A stretch of 64,000 nucleotides of DNA from Abditibacteriaceae bacterium (GCA_965277285.1 OZ255721.1:3040001-3104000), one strand, 5' to 3'; positions 1-11,228 are shown, numbered from the stretch's first letter. Notes: generated from the sequence alone by a model not told the origin. Numbers and translations are program-made.

Positions 1-5
1 GCCCC

Positions 6-1865
6 TCACTCACGTTCGGGGTTCTGAGAACGCGGCGGCGTGAGTGCAGCAGCGGCGGCGTTGCCCAAAACCGAGCGACGCGAGTTCCACACGATTTCGA
101 CCGCGCCTGACAATTGCGGCAATAATCGCTGCGCGGTTTTGTGGTTCTTGACGAAGCAATAAACCGGCTGCGACGATCGCATTTCGCGCTGCAACAGTGA
201 TAAATCCCCATCGCCTTGCGTTTGGTCGAACCATATTCTGCGCTCGTTCGGTGAAAGTTGACTGGCGCCGAAATCCAATTCGCCCCAGCCGTTGATAAGT
301 TTTACGCGTTGCCGAGTATAAAAATTAACGCCCTGCGAATATGAATCGAAAGCGACGAGTTTGGCGCCACGGTTTAATCCAGGCTGGATGTAAGCGGCCA
401 GCGGCGCCATGTTCAAATCGGGCGAAAGCGTATTCAGAAGCGCAAAAACTGTTAGCAACAATGCAGTTGAACCGGCGCCAAAGGAAATCGCTACCATTTT
501 CGCATTGCGCTGATGTGATGCGATAAAAACCGCGATTGACCAACCGAGAAATACGATTCCCAAGACGATGCCGTAACCATTCGGCGAAAACGGAATCGTC
601 AGCGCCTTGTCGATTCTATCGTCGAGCAGGTTTGCCCAATACGGAACGATGTGCAACGCCACGCTCAACGCCGCGAGTCCCAGCAAGCCGAAAAGAAGGG
701 CGAAAACGTTCAGCGAAACGATCAGCGCGCGAATCGAGTACTCGATTCGATTTCGCCACAACAAGTCGAGATACGCCGCCACCAGAATCGCCAGCGCGGG
801 AAAATCGGGCAAAATGTACGTCAACAATTTGCTGGTCGAAGCCGAGAAAAACAGCAGAATAAACGTCGCGTTAATCAGAAGGTAAAGCGCGGCGTGTTGA
901 TGTTCGGTTCGTTGTTCGCCGCGCGCTGGCCACAAGCGTTTCCAAGCCGCGACACCAGCAGCCGGAAGCAAAAACGTCCATGGGAGAAATAAAAGCGGCA
1001 AATTCTCGAAGAAGAACCAGGGGCTTTGAACGTGCTCGCGGTTTTTGCCGATGCCCAGAAATCGTGCGACGTTTTGTCCCCACCAAAAAAAATGGTTGAA
1101 TTCAGGATTCTTCATCGCCACCAGAATGAACCACGGCGCGGTAATCAACAAGAAAAGCGGAATGCCCAGCGCCCAGTTCATCCTGGTGAGGCTTTTGGTT
1201 TGGCGACATAAAACGACGTAGATCACAATCGAAGCACCGACCAAAAGCACGGCGACCGGCCCTTTGGAGAGAACTCCCAAGGCCAAAGCGATCCAGAAAC
1301 CGAGATTGTAAAGGGTGCGTCGACGCGTGTTTTCCTCGCTGTGTCCAAGCCACCAGAACGCCGAAGCCGCGAACAGCGCGACCGACAACAACATATCAAT
1401 GATGATAAAGCGCGCCATGACGCACCAGAAAATCGACGTGGTCAAAACCACAGTGCTCAATAAACCGGCGCGTCGCCCGAACATGCGGCGCCCCAGCGCA
1501 TAGGTCAGGAACAAGCCCAGCAAAGCACACAATGCGGGAACAAGGCGCGCGGCGGTTTCGTTCAGGCCGAAGAGTTTGAAGGAGGTCGCAGTCAGCCAAT
1601 AGAGCAACGGCGGTTTTTCAAAGTATTTGACGCCGTTCAGCGTTGGCGTAATCCAATCATGGTTGACCAGCATTTCGCGCGGAATTTCGGCGTAGCGACC
1701 TTCATCGGGATCGAAAAACCCAAAGCCGCCCAACTTCCAGAAGAAAAGAGGCAAAGAAAGTAGAAAAACTAAAAACACATCGCGCCAGGTTTGACGCGAC
1801 GAAGTTGCGGCTTCATTGGCTGCAGGTTCGAGTACTGGATTGGGTGGAAAAACGGGTGAACGCAT
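6..1865 (-). CDS. arnT: ArnT-like 4-amino-4-deoxy-L-arabinose transferase (GT83/PMT family)
   Basis: Multi-TM protein with FDPDEGRYAEIPREM, YFEKPPLLYW and LSKGPV motifs; next to arnBCAD. Confidence 0.85.
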   Translation of the reverse strand: MRSPVFPPNPVLEPAANEAATSSRQTWRDVFLVFLLSLPLFFWKLGGFGFFDPDEGRYAEIPREMLVNHDWITPTLNGVKYFEKPPLLYWLTATSFKLFGLNETAARLVPALCALLGLFLTYALGRRMFGRRAGLLSTVVLTTSIFWCVMARFIIIDMLLSVALFAASAFWWLGHSEENTRRRTLYNLGFWIALALGVLSKGPVAVLLVGASIVIYVVLCRQTKSLTRMNWALGIPLFLLITAPWFILVAMKNPEFNHFFWWGQNVARFLGIGKNREHVQSPWFFFENLPLLFLPWTFLLPAAGVAAWKRLWPARGEQRTEHQHAALYLLINATFILLFFSASTSKLLTYILPDFPALAILVAAYLDLLWRNRIEYSIRALIVSLNVFALLFGLLGLAALSVALHIVPYWANLLDDRIDKALTIPFSPNGYGIVLGIVFLGWSIAVFIASHQRNAKMVAISFGAGSTALLLTVFALLNTLSPDLNMAPLAAYIQPGLNRGAKLVAFDSYSQGVNFYTRQRVKLINGWGELDFGASQLSPNERRIWFDQTQGDGDLSLLQREMRSSQPVYCFVKNHKTAQRLLPQLSGAVEIVWNSRRSVLGNAAAAALTPPRSQNPERE

Positions 1866-2052
1866 AGAAATCGAAATGGTTTTGGAAATATTGAGTTAAA
1901 GCCTATCAGAACTCTGCGCGTGATTTCTTTGAAATTTCCAATGCCAGCGACTGGCGCGGTCGTGATAAAATAAAGCATTCTCCCGTTCAGGATCGGTTTT
2001 GAGAACGCCGATGTGTCGAAAAGAAACAAAGAAACGTTGCCAGAGGTGCCTT

Positions 2053-3207
2053 TTGAGTCGTTCGAGTTTTCTGCCGTTTTCGCGCCCCGATATTTCCGAA
2101 GCCGAAATCGCTGCTGTGGGCGATGTTTTGCGTTCCTGCTGGATTACGACCGGCCCCAAAAGCGCCGACTTTGAACAAGCTTGGCGCGATTACACCGGCT
2201 GTCAGGGCGCCGTTGCGCTCTCGTCCGCGACAGCCGGAATGCACGTCGTCTTGCAAGCGCTGGAACTCCAGCCGGGCGACGAAATCATCACGCCCAGTTT
2301 GACGTGGGTTTCCACCGTCAACCTCATCACTTTGCTGGGCGCGACGCCGATTTTTGTGGACGTTGACCGCGACACGCTTTTAGTTTCGCCACAGGAAATC
2401 GAAGCTGCGATTACGCCGCGCACCAGGGCGATTATTCCCGTTCATTACGCGGGCGCGCCCGTCGATTTGGAACCGTTGCGACGCATCGCGCAAACCTACA
2501 ACGTCGCCTTAATTGAAGACGCGGCGCACGCGGCGGGAACCGAGTACTCGAATCAGCGAATCGGCGCGCGCGGCACTTCCATTTTCTCGTTTCACCCGAT
2601 TAAAAATATGACGACGGGCGAAGGCGGCATGATTTCGAGTGACGATGAAGAACTTCTCAATCGTGTGCGTCGCCTGAAGTTCCACGGCTTGGGCGTTGAT
2701 GCTTTTGATCGCCAAATGCAAGGTCGCGCGCCGCAAGCCGAAGTCATCGAACCCGGTTATAAATATAATCTGACCGACATTGCGGCGGTTTTGGGTTTGG
2801 GACAATTGACGCGACTGGACGAATTCAACGCGCGACGCACCGAACTTGTCGGGATGTATCACAAACGCTTGCAAGAGATTCCCGAACTGTCGCCGCTCAG
2901 CGTTCCAACTTATGCGCATCGTCACGCCTGGCATTTGTTCATTGTGCGCTTGAACGAACGTGCTAAAATCGGGCGTGACACGTTTATGGCGGAATTGAAA
3001 AGTCGCAACATCGGCAGCGGCCTGCATTTTCGCGCGGTTCACACGCAAAAGTTCTACCGCGAAACGCTGCCGCAATGGACGGGAAAGTTGCCCAACACCG
3101 AATGGAACTCGGCCAATATGCTGTCGCTGCCGCTGTTTCCTTCGATGACCGAAGATGACTTGAACGATGTCGTGAACGCGATGAAAGATGTGTTGGCCAG
3201 CGAATGA
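2053..3207 (+). CDS. arnB: UDP-4-amino-4-deoxy-L-arabinose aminotransferase (DegT/DnrJ family, PLP)
   Basis: IEDAAHA and [15 protein letters not shown] motifs; start placed at TTG 2053 after AGAGGTG (ORF track starts at 1999). Confidence 0.9.
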   Translation: MSRSSFLPFSRPDISEAEIAAVGDVLRSCWITTGPKSADFEQAWRDYTGCQGAVALSSATAGMHVVLQALELQPGDEIITPSLTWVSTVNLITLLGATPIFVDVDRDTLLVSPQEIEAAITPRTRAIIPVHYAGAPVDLEPLRRIAQTYNVALIEDAAHAAGTEYSNQRIGARGTSIFSFHPIKNMTTGEGGMISSDDEELLNRVRRLKFHGLGVDAFDRQMQGRAPQAEVIEPGYKYNLTDIAAVLGLGQLTRLDEFNARRTELVGMYHKRLQEIPELSPLSVPTYAHRHAWHLFIVRLNERAKIGRDTFMAELKSRNIGSGLHFRAVHTQKFYRETLPQWTGKLPNTEWNSANMLSLPLFPSMTEDDLNDVVNAMKDVLASE

Positions 3208-3231
3208 AACGTTTAACGCTCATTCAAACGC

Positions 3232-3378
3232 GTGTGCCTGCGAATGAACTCGCGGCTAAGCGCGCTGCGCGCGAAGCGTCGGCCTGCGCCGACGCGAAAT
3301 GATTTAACTTTGCGTCGGCGCAGGCCGACGCTGCGGCGAACGCCGCCCAGCCGCGAGTTCACTCGCAGGTTGGCACAC
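3232..3378. repeat. Long composite inverted repeat between arnB and arnC
   Basis: CCTGCGAATGAACTCGCGGCT / AGCCGCGAGTTCACTCGCAGG arms around GCGTCGGCCTGCGCCGACGC; related structure at 29358-29471. Confidence 0.7.
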
Positions 3379-3391
3379 AACGTAAAAATTT

Positions 3392-4489
3392 ATGCAAAGC
3401 CCAATCGAGTACTCGAACTTGACAACCGAAACCCTTGCCGCGCCGACGTTTACATCCGCGCCGATTGCGACCGTCGTCGCGCCGCAGAACGTTGATAAAG
3501 TCGCTTCGTTTTCGGTTGTTGTTCCCGTTTTTAACGAAGAAGACAACCTGCCGGAATTGTTGCGGCGACTTTTAACTTCGTGCCGCAGTTTGCAACGGCC
3601 TTTTGAAATCGTGCTTGTCGATGACGGCAGCCGCGACAATTCCGCCAACATTTTGCAAGACGCCGCTCAGCAGAATCCAGGCGAAATCATCGTCGTTTTG
3701 CTGAACCGCAATTATGGTCAGCATTCGGCGATTATGGCAGGATTTGAGCGCGTGCGCGGTGATCTGGTTTTGACGATTGACGCCGATTTACAAAACCCGC
3801 CGGAAGAGATTCCCAAACTGATCGAAAAAGCCGAAAGCGGTTTCGACGTGGTTGGCACGATTCGGCTGAACCGGCGCGACAGCGGGTTTCGCAAAGTCGC
3901 ATCTGGCATCGTCAACAAAGTGACGGCCAAAGCGACCGGCGTGCAAATGCACGACTACGGTTGTATGTTGCGCGCGTATCGTCGCAGCGTGGTTCAAGCC
4001 ATGCTGCAATGTCACGAGCGCAGCACGTTTATTCCGGTTTTGGCGAACTCTTTCGCGCGTCGCGCCGGTGAAGTCGAAGTCGCTCATGCGGCGCGCGGTG
4101 CGGGCGAATCGAAGTATTCGTTGTGGAGCCTGATCAATCTTCAGTTCGATTTGCTGACCAGCATCACGACGTTTCCGCTACGATTGCTCAGCATTATCGG
4201 GTTTTTTATCTCGATGCTGGGCATCGGTTTCGGCTTTTTGCTGTTGTTGTTGCGCCTGGCGTTCGGCCACGAATGGGCGGCGCAGGGCGTTTTTACCCTC
4301 TTTGCGATTTTGTTTATTTTCGTGGGCGCGCAGTTCATCGGCATGGGACTTCTGGGCGAATACATCGGGCGCATTTATCACGATGTGCGCGCCCGTCCGC
4401 GCTATTTCGTGCAGGAAGAAATCGGCCAAAGCCAGTTGAAAAACGAATCGGCGGGAAAAGGTGCGAATCGAGTACTCGAAGGTGCATAA
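3392..4489 (+). CDS. arnC: Undecaprenyl-phosphate 4-deoxy-4-formamido-L-arabinose transferase (GT2)
   Basis: [36 protein letters not shown]; two C-terminal TM helices. Confidence 0.9.
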   Translation: MQSPIEYSNLTTETLAAPTFTSAPIATVVAPQNVDKVASFSVVVPVFNEEDNLPELLRRLLTSCRSLQRPFEIVLVDDGSRDNSANILQDAAQQNPGEIIVVLLNRNYGQHSAIMAGFERVRGDLVLTIDADLQNPPEEIPKLIEKAESGFDVVGTIRLNRRDSGFRKVASGIVNKVTAKATGVQMHDYGCMLRAYRRSVVQAMLQCHERSTFIPVLANSFARRAGEVEVAHAARGAGESKYSLWSLINLQFDLLTSITTFPLRLLSIIGFFISMLGIGFGFLLLLLRLAFGHEWAAQGVFTLFAILFIFVGAQFIGMGLLGEYIGRIYHDVRARPRYFVQEEIGQSQLKNESAGKGANRVLEGA

Positions 4490-4504
4490 TTGAGGTGAAA
4501 CAGG

Positions 4505-4846
4505 ATGCCCAATCAAACATCGGAACGCTTTTTTTTGGGATTCATAATTCTTTATGTGGTGGTTTGGATCACCTTTGAGTCTTTCTCTTCGTACACGCAG
4601 TCTTCTTTTCCTCAAGCAACTTATGGTGCGAAGATTGAAGGTAATCATTACTTTCTTCGCATCGACAAAACTCAAGACAAATATCAAGAAGTGACTCGAC
4701 AGCAGTTTGAAGAGGAAGATAGAGCCAAAACAAACTTTGCGATCATCGGTTGTGGTGGGATGCTTGGTCTTTTTGCATTTGCTCTTATTGCAGATAAGTT
4801 GAAAATTACTAAGATCGAGAAGAAGGGTTGGATGCGACATTTGTAA
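4505..4846 (+). CDS. Small hypothetical membrane protein inserted in the arn operon
   Basis: 113 aa, two hydrophobic segments, visibly AT-richer than its neighbours, GAGGTG upstream. Confidence 0.65.
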   Translation: MPNQTSERFFLGFIILYVVVWITFESFSSYTQSSFPQATYGAKIEGNHYFLRIDKTQDKYQEVTRQQFEEEDRAKTNFAIIGCGGMLGLFAFALIADKLKITKIEKKGWMRHL

Positions 4847-4891
4847 TTCGTCCGATAGATGTTGCAAATCGAGTACTCGAAGGCGCGTGAT

Positions 4892-4979
4892 GTAGGGGCG
4901 AGGCGCTGCCTCGCCCGCGTTAGTAACAGTTGGCGTCGATATTTACAAGCATTCGGGCGACCCAGCGGGTCGCCCCTAC
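4892..4979. repeat. GTAG-tagged REP doublet (family B)
   Basis: GTAGGGGCGAGGCGCTGCCTCGCCC...GGGCGACCCAGCGGGTCGCCCCTAC. Confidence 0.85.
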
Positions 4980-4985
4980 CAAATA

Positions 4986-6986
4986 ATGAAAATGAAAACT
5001 GTTGTTCTGGCTTATCATAATGTCGGTTGCGAAGGGATTGAGGCGCTGTTGCGCAATGGTTACGAAATCAGCGCGGTTTTTACGCACGCCGATGATCCGC
5101 ATGAAAATGTGTGGTTTCGCTCGGTCGCGGAACTCGCGGCTGCTCACAACATTCCGGTTTACGCGCCGCCCGACATCAATCATCCGCTGTGGGTCGAAAA
5201 GATTCGCTCGCTGGCGCCCGATATTTTGTTTTCGTTTTATTATCGCAACTTGATCAAAGCGCCGATTTTAGATATTCCGTCCAAAGGCTGCCTCAATCTT
5301 CATGGTTCTTTGCTGCCGAAATATCGCGGGCGCACGCCGGTGAATTGGGCATTGCTGCATGGCGAAACGGAAACCGGTGTGACGTTGCATTACATGACGC
5401 CGAGACCCGACGATGGTGATATCGTGGCGCAACGTCGTGTACTCATTTCCGACGGGGACACGGCGCCAACGTTGTTCATCAAAATTACCGAAGCCGCGCG
5501 CCAATTGTTGGATGAAACCCTGCCACAAATCGCGGATGGAACGGCGCCGCGCATTCCGCAAAACCACGACGAAGCGACGTATTTTGGCGGACGCAAACCC
5601 TCAGACGGCGAGATTCACTGGGAACAATCGGCGCGCGAAGTTCGCAACCTGGTGCGCGCCGTGACGCGACCTTATCCGGGCGCTTTTACGTATCACGGCG
5701 ACCGCCAGTTGCTGATCTGGCAAGCGACCGAAGTTCCGAACGACCAGGCTGATGCGCGCGCTGGAACGGTGCTTTCGACCGAACCGTTTGTCGTCGCGTG
5801 CGGCAGTGGTGCGTTGCAAGTTGATTTCGCGCAGCCTAAAGACGGCATTTATATGAGCGGCGCGCAGGCTGTCCGCGAAATTGGTCTCAAAGCGGGAATG
5901 ACGCTGGGACGAGTTCCCGCCAAGGCCAAGCGTCGCGTTCGAGTACTCGTTCTGGGCGTCAACGGTTTTATCGGCAATGCTTTGGGCGAACGCTTGTTGC
6001 AAGACGATAATTACGAAATCCACGGCATGGATTTGCAGTCGGATAAAATCGCGCGACTTTTGCCGCATCCGAACTTTCACTTCGAGGAAGGCGATATTTC
6101 GATTCACCGCGAATGGATCGAATATCATGTGCGCAAATGCGACGTGGTTTTGCCCCTCGTCGCCATTGCGACGCCGATTGAATATGTGCGTAATCCCTTG
6201 AAAGTGTTCAATCTCGACTTTGAAGAAAACCTGCGCGTTGTGCGATACTGCGCGAAATATGGCAAGCGCGTTGTGTTTCCCTCGACTTCGGAAGTCTATG
6301 GAATGTGCGACGAACCGGAGTTCGATGAAGACAATTCCAACCTGGTTTTGGGGCCGATTCGGATGCAACGCTGGATTTATTCGTGTTCTAAACAACTTTT
6401 AGACCGCGTGATCTGGGCGTATGGCGAAAAAGAAAACCTGCCGTTCACGCTGTTTCGCCCGTTCAATTTCATCGGCCCGCGCCTGGATTCGTTGCAAGCG
6501 GCGCGCGTTGGTTCCAGTCGCGCGATTACGCAATTGATTCTCAATTTGGTGGAAGGCACGCCGATTAAATTGGTGGACGGCGGCGCGCAAAAACGCTGTT
6601 TTATTGATGTCGAAGACGCGATGGAATGCTTGTTCCGCATCATTGAAAACAAAGGCGGCGTCTGCGACAAGCAGATTTTGAACATCGGCAACCCCGACAA
6701 CGAAGCCAGCATCCGCGAACTGGCCGAAATTATCGTGCAGCAGTTTGAAGCGCATCCTTTGCGCGATCATTTTCCGCCCTTCGCCGGTTTTCAGGATGTC
6801 GAATCCGGTCAATATTACGGACGCGGCTATCAAGATGTCGAACATCGCCGTCCCAGCATCAAGAAAGCGCGCAAATTGTTGGGCTGGAATCCGACGATTG
6901 GCCTGCGCGAATCGGTGGAAACAACGGTCGATTTCTTTTTGAAAGAAGCCGTTGAATCAGGCGATTTCGCTGATTTCGCGCGGTAA
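4986..6986 (+). CDS. arnA: Bifunctional UDP-4-amino-4-deoxy-L-arabinose formyltransferase / UDP-glucuronic acid oxidase
   Basis: Formyltransferase [12 protein letters not shown] plus SDR domain [23 protein letters not shown]. Confidence 0.95.
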   Translation: MKMKTVVLAYHNVGCEGIEALLRNGYEISAVFTHADDPHENVWFRSVAELAAAHNIPVYAPPDINHPLWVEKIRSLAPDILFSFYYRNLIKAPILDIPSKGCLNLHGSLLPKYRGRTPVNWALLHGETETGVTLHYMTPRPDDGDIVAQRRVLISDGDTAPTLFIKITEAARQLLDETLPQIADGTAPRIPQNHDEATYFGGRKPSDGEIHWEQSAREVRNLVRAVTRPYPGAFTYHGDRQLLIWQATEVPNDQADARAGTVLSTEPFVVACGSGALQVDFAQPKDGIYMSGAQAVREIGLKAGMTLGRVPAKAKRRVRVLVLGVNGFIGNALGERLLQDDNYEIHGMDLQSDKIARLLPHPNFHFEEGDISIHREWIEYHVRKCDVVLPLVAIATPIEYVRNPLKVFNLDFEENLRVVRYCAKYGKRVVFPSTSEVYGMCDEPEFDEDNSNLVLGPIRMQRWIYSCSKQLLDRVIWAYGEKENLPFTLFRPFNFIGPRLDSLQAARVGSSRAITQLILNLVEGTPIKLVDGGAQKRCFIDVEDAMECLFRIIENKGGVCDKQILNIGNPDNEASIRELAEIIVQQFEAHPLRDHFPPFAGFQDVESGQYYGRGYQDVEHRRPSIKKARKLLGWNPTIGLRESVETTVDFFLKEAVESGDFADFAR

Positions 6987-6988
6987 CC

Positions 6989-7059
6989 GTAGGGGCGAGG
7001 CGCTGCCTCGCCCGAACTCGTAACGCGATAATTGGGGCGACCCAGCAGGTCGCCCCTAC
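6989..7059. repeat. GTAG-tagged REP doublet (family B)
   Basis: Nearly identical arms to 4892-4979. Confidence 0.85.
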
Positions 7060-7064
7060 AAATT

Positions 7065-7958
7065 ATGAAAATTGGACTTCGCATTGATGTCGATACGTGG
7101 CGTGGCACGCGCGAGGGCGTTCCGCAACTGCTTCGAGTACTCGAAAAGCACCACGTTCGCGGCACGTTCTTTTTCTCGTGCGGCCCCGATAATATGGGTC
7201 GTCACGTTTGGCGCTTGCTGCGGCCTTCGTTTTTCGTGAAAATGCTGCGCTCGAATGCGCCCAGTCTTTATGGCTGGGATATTTTGCTGCGCGGAACTTT
7301 CTGGCCTGGGCCGCAAATCGGGCGCGGGCAAAAAGAAGTTTTTCAGCAGACCGCGCAAGCCGGACACGAAATCGGTTTGCACGCGTGGGATCATCATGCG
7401 TGGCAAATGCAGGTGCGGCGTTCGGGAACCAGACGCGTTCACGAATGGACATCGCAAGCCTTTGAATTGCTCAAAGATGCGACCGGACAAGCGCCAATTT
7501 GCGCGGCGTCTCCGGCCTGGCGCTCCACAAACGAAGTGTTGCTCGACCGCGAAAAGTATCCGTTTCGCTTTAATAGCGATTGTCGCGGCGAATCGGTTTT
7601 CTTGCCAGAAGTGAAGAATCGAGTACTCGATCAGCCGCAAATCCCGACCACGTTGCCGACGTATGACGAAATTATCGGCACCGATGGCATCACCAACGAC
7701 AATTACAACGCGCACATTTTGTCGCTGTTGCGCGAAGACGAGTTGAACGTTTTAACCATTCACGCTGAAGTCGAAGGCATGGTTTGCGCCGAACTGTTCG
7801 CGCAGTTCTTGGATGAAGCCCAGTTGCGCGGCATTGAAATCGTGCCGTTGGGCGAATTGCTGCCGCCAGACGCAAAGACTCTTCCCAGCGCGCGTGTCGA
7901 GAAGAAAGTTGTGCTCGGGCGCGAAGGTTGGATCAGCGTGCAAGGCGCGGCATTTTGA
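7065..7958 (+). CDS. arnD: 4-deoxy-4-formamido-L-arabinose-phosphoundecaprenol deformylase
   Basis: MKIGLRIDVDT start, GPDNMGRH, HAWDH, TIHAEVEG. Confidence 0.9.
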   Translation: MKIGLRIDVDTWRGTREGVPQLLRVLEKHHVRGTFFFSCGPDNMGRHVWRLLRPSFFVKMLRSNAPSLYGWDILLRGTFWPGPQIGRGQKEVFQQTAQAGHEIGLHAWDHHAWQMQVRRSGTRRVHEWTSQAFELLKDATGQAPICAASPAWRSTNEVLLDREKYPFRFNSDCRGESVFLPEVKNRVLDQPQIPTTLPTYDEIIGTDGITNDNYNAHILSLLREDELNVLTIHAEVEGMVCAELFAQFLDEAQLRGIEIVPLGELLPPDAKTLPSARVEKKVVLGREGWISVQGAAF

Positions 7959-8028
7959 AACTTTCTGCGAAACTTTTGTGGTTCTATGCAGCGACGAACT
8001 CCTGAAAAAAACACCATAACAGTCAAAG

Positions 8029-8098
8029 TTTGTCATTCCGAGCGCAGCGAAGAATCTATCTTCGGTTGTAGATTCTTCGCTTTGCTCAGAATGACAAA
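8029..8098. repeat. REP-like hairpin family A (GTCATTCTGAGCGCAGCGAAGAATCT...AGATTCTTCGCTGCGCTCAGAATGAC)
   Basis: Inverted arms of about 28 bp; an extra half copy at about 8149-8163. Confidence 0.85.
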
Positions 8099-8185
8099 GT
8101 GGGAGTTTCGAGCGTTTTGCGCACTTTCTATACAACCTATACAACCTCTCAGAATGACAAACTCTTACACTTTTTATTGGTAGTT

Positions 8186-9754
8186 TTAAGGTTGGGCGCG
8201 CCAGGTCACGATGTTTCCCAGTTCGTCTTTGGTGATGACGCGTGGGCTGCTGTAAATGCGCTTCAAGTCGGCGGGCGGCAATTTGCGCGGTCCCAGATCA
8301 TTCTGCCACGACATGAAATATGACCAGCGCACGCCGTAGCGTCGCATTTTATCAACGTCGGGCGCGCCACCCATTTCCGTCAGGGCGAGCATTTTGCGGC
8401 CATCGAAGCGCGTTTTTAAGGTGTTCCAAACGATGTTCAAAGGATCGCTCCAATCGCTGGGATATTGATCGATGCCCACGATGTCGACGTATTGATCGCC
8501 CGGATACCATTCGAGTTTGGTGCCGCTGCTGTAGACCCAGATCAGGTTGTGCAGCTTGTAAACGTTGGTAAAACGGTTGAACATCAATTTCCACAACTTC
8601 TTGAATGGCTCCGGGCCTTTGGCGCCCCACCAGAACCAGCCGCCTTCGGCTTCGTGCAAAGGTCGCCACAAAATCGGGATGTTCGCCGCGTCCAACTTCT
8701 TCAATTGAACGGCGATGGCGTCCATGTCGTGTATCAGCGCTTTGTATTCCGCGCTGTTCGGGTCGTCCATCGCTTTTTGCAAATCGAAGGTCGTCGAAGA
8801 CGTGTAAAAAGCGCTCCACCAATGCGCGTCCACGATTTTGCCCTGCGCATCTTTGTAAGGCGCATCGAGTACTTCACTGGGCGCGTTCCAGTGCCACATT
8901 ACGGTGAGAACCGAGCCAGATTTAGCGATGTCGATCATCTGTTCGGTTGTCGGGTCGGGCTTTGAGCCATGACTCATGCGCGTTGGCGAGTACTCGATGA
9001 GGTCGCCGCCAACAATCGCGGGGAATTTTCCGGTCGTCGTGTTGATGTAAGCAATGTCTGGCGCACCAGTCTGGCCGGAAACTGTTTTCTCTCCGTAGAG
9101 ACGCAGCAGCGAAGCGAACAAAGCGCGCGTGCGAGGGCTGGCTTTGGAGTCAACTAGAGTCGCAGGCGGTTTCTTGAGCGACATATCAATTGTCGCTGGC
9201 ACAAGGTCAACGGCATCGATGTCGTAATAGCCCCAACTTTTTTCAATGGCGATTTCGTTGTCGCCCATCTTTAGTTCCACCTGTCCGATGCTCTGCTCGG
9301 CGAAAGTCGGCGTGGCCTGGAACATTCCCGACATCTTGGCGCCGTTCACCACAAGATCGAAACCTTTTTCCTGCGGCGCGCAATAACGAATTTTGACCGT
9401 GTAAAAACCGCCTGGCGACTGTGTATGAAGCACGACTTTGTCGCCGTCCTTGACGAAGTTCGTCACATAACCGCGCCCCGAAAAACCAGGCCGCGAAGTG
9501 TCGATTTTCGTCCCCGTCAGTTGCCCGTCTTCGGCTTCCAAATGAATTGCTTGACCTTTGGTACTTTGTGTTCCCACACTTTGACTTTGCATACGCGTGC
9601 TTTGTATGCTTGGAGCTTGCATTCCGGTGCTGATAGCAGTGCAGCCAGCAACGGCACAAAGCCCGGCTGCCACCAATGAAGTCGTGGCAAGAGGTAGCCG
9701 AAACTGCGATAAACTTCGCAGTTTGGCCGTACTTTGAGTTATGTGAAGAAACAT
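8186..9754 (-). CDS. GH26 beta-mannanase with N-terminal CBM35/CBM6-like module, possible lipoprotein
   Basis: WRPLHEAEGGWFWWG, WYPGDQYVDIVGID, EAEDG; lipobox-like AVAGC; ATG 9754 chosen as start. Confidence 0.85.
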   Translation of the reverse strand: MFLHITQSTAKLRSLSQFRLPLATTSLVAAGLCAVAGCTAISTGMQAPSIQSTRMQSQSVGTQSTKGQAIHLEAEDGQLTGTKIDTSRPGFSGRGYVTNFVKDGDKVVLHTQSPGGFYTVKIRYCAPQEKGFDLVVNGAKMSGMFQATPTFAEQSIGQVELKMGDNEIAIEKSWGYYDIDAVDLVPATIDMSLKKPPATLVDSKASPRTRALFASLLRLYGEKTVSGQTGAPDIAYINTTTGKFPAIVGGDLIEYSPTRMSHGSKPDPTTEQMIDIAKSGSVLTVMWHWNAPSEVLDAPYKDAQGKIVDAHWWSAFYTSSTTFDLQKAMDDPNSAEYKALIHDMDAIAVQLKKLDAANIPILWRPLHEAEGGWFWWGAKGPEPFKKLWKLMFNRFTNVYKLHNLIWVYSSGTKLEWYPGDQYVDIVGIDQYPSDWSDPLNIVWNTLKTRFDGRKMLALTEMGGAPDVDKMRRYGVRWSYFMSWQNDLGPRKLPPADLKRIYSSPRVITKDELGNIVTWRAQP

Positions 9755-9844
9755 AAGTTGTCCGCCTTTTATGCGATGGTTGAGTAAGCAAACTCTATCT
9801 TTTTCAAGCAGAACAATTAATTTTACAGGAATTTGCACACAAAA

Positions 9845-9889
9845 AAACAGAAGCGCGAGTACTCAAATCGAGTACTCACGCTTCTGTTT
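9845..9889 (-). terminator. Intrinsic terminator after dapL; stem contains two GAGTACTC cores
   Basis: AAACAGAAGCGCGAGTACTC-AAATC-GAGTACTCACGCTTCTGTTT with A-run on the left (U-tract on the minus strand). Confidence 0.7.
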
Positions 9890-9906
9890 GCGTCAATAAC
9901 TTCAAA

Positions 9907-11085
9907 TTACTTCAAGGCACCGGCAATACGTTCCATCGCTTCGCGCAGACGATGTTCGGGGTAAGTTAATGAAATGCGGAAATAGCCTTCGCCCGCTTCG
10001 CCATAACCGCGTCCTGGAGTGACAACGACGCCGCAGGTATCGAGCAAATGCGCGGCGAACTTGGCGCTTGAACCATCGAAGCCGTCGGGAACCGGCGCCC
10101 AGATATAAAACGTCGCTTTGGGTTTCTGCAGATTCCAGCCGATTTTGTTCAGCGCATCGACAACCAGATCGACACGCGGCTTGTAGATTTCTTCGCTGAT
10201 CTTTGCGCCATATTCCGGCAAGTCGCGCAAAGCTTTGGCGCCCGCGAATTGCACCGCGCGCAAAACGCCACTGTCCACGTTGTCCTTAATGAGACCAAGC
10301 GCGGCCACCGCGTCTTTGTTTCCAACCGCCATGCCGATGCGCCAGCCCGTCATGTTGAAATGCTTGCTTAAAGAGTTGAACTCAATCGCCACGTCTTTGG
10401 CGTTGTCGGCCTGCAAAATGGACGGCGCTTTGTAGCCGTCGTAAGCGATTTCGGCGTAAGGCGCGTCGTGGCACAACAAAATATCGTTGCTGCGCGCGAA
10501 CTCGACCGCTTCGTTGAAAAACTCCAGGCTGGCAATCGCCGCAGTCGGGTTGTTCGGGTAATTGAGCCACATGATTTTGGCGCGTTTGGCGACATCGCTC
10601 GGAATCGCGCCCAAATCGGGCAGCCAATGGTTGGAGGCTGTCAGCGGCATGAAATAGCTTTCTCCGCCCGCCAAAAGCGTCCCAATATTGTAAACCGGAT
10701 AGCCAGGTTCGGGCACCAGCGCGATGTCGCCTTTTTCGATATAAGCCCACGGGATATGCGCAATGCCGTCTTTAGAACCAATTGTCGTCAGCACTTCGGT
10801 TTTCGGATCGAGCGTGACGCCGAAACGCTTCTGGTAATATTCGGCGACGGCTTGCGGATAATCGGCGACCGGCATATCGCCGCCATAACGATGACGGTCG
10901 GGATCATTGGCGTCGCGCAAAGAGCGCACAGCTTCGTCGATGATTTCGTCCGGCGTCGGATGATCGGGGTCGCCGATGCCCAGCGAAATCACGTCAACGC
11001 CTTCTTCAATCTTCGCGCGACGCTTGCGCGCAATCTCGGCGAAAAGATACGGCGGAATCAGTTTCAGTCGTTCTGCAGTTTTCAT
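9907..11085 (-). CDS. dapL: LL-diaminopimelate aminotransferase
   Basis: PPYLFAEI, LGIGDPD, LNYPNNPT, SLSKHFNMTGWRIG; adjacent to dapF. Confidence 0.85.
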   Translation of the reverse strand: MKTAERLKLIPPYLFAEIARKRRAKIEEGVDVISLGIGDPDHPTPDEIIDEAVRSLRDANDPDRHRYGGDMPVADYPQAVAEYYQKRFGVTLDPKTEVLTTIGSKDGIAHIPWAYIEKGDIALVPEPGYPVYNIGTLLAGGESYFMPLTASNHWLPDLGAIPSDVAKRAKIMWLNYPNNPTAAIASLEFFNEAVEFARSNDILLCHDAPYAEIAYDGYKAPSILQADNAKDVAIEFNSLSKHFNMTGWRIGMAVGNKDAVAALGLIKDNVDSGVLRAVQFAGAKALRDLPEYGAKISEEIYKPRVDLVVDALNKIGWNLQKPKATFYIWAPVPDGFDGSSAKFAAHLLDTCGVVVTPGRGYGEAGEGYFRISLTYPEHRLREAMERIAGALK

Positions 11086-11157
11086 AAGAGTTTTTGAACC
11101 GCCAAGACGCCAAGAACGCGAAGGGAAAAGAAATTTGTTCGAGTACTCGAAACCATG

Positions 11158-11228
11158 AGTTCGTCATTCTGAGCGCAGCGAAGAATCTAACTGTAATTAG
11201 ATTCTTCGCTGCGCTCGAATGACGAACT
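11158..11228. repeat. REP-like hairpin family A
   Basis: Same arms, loop AACTGTAATT. Confidence 0.85.

Noticed and set aside
7986..8183. Short ORFs containing CHSERSEES-like peptides (also 33991-34209)
   Set aside because: Translations of family A hairpin repeats, not genes
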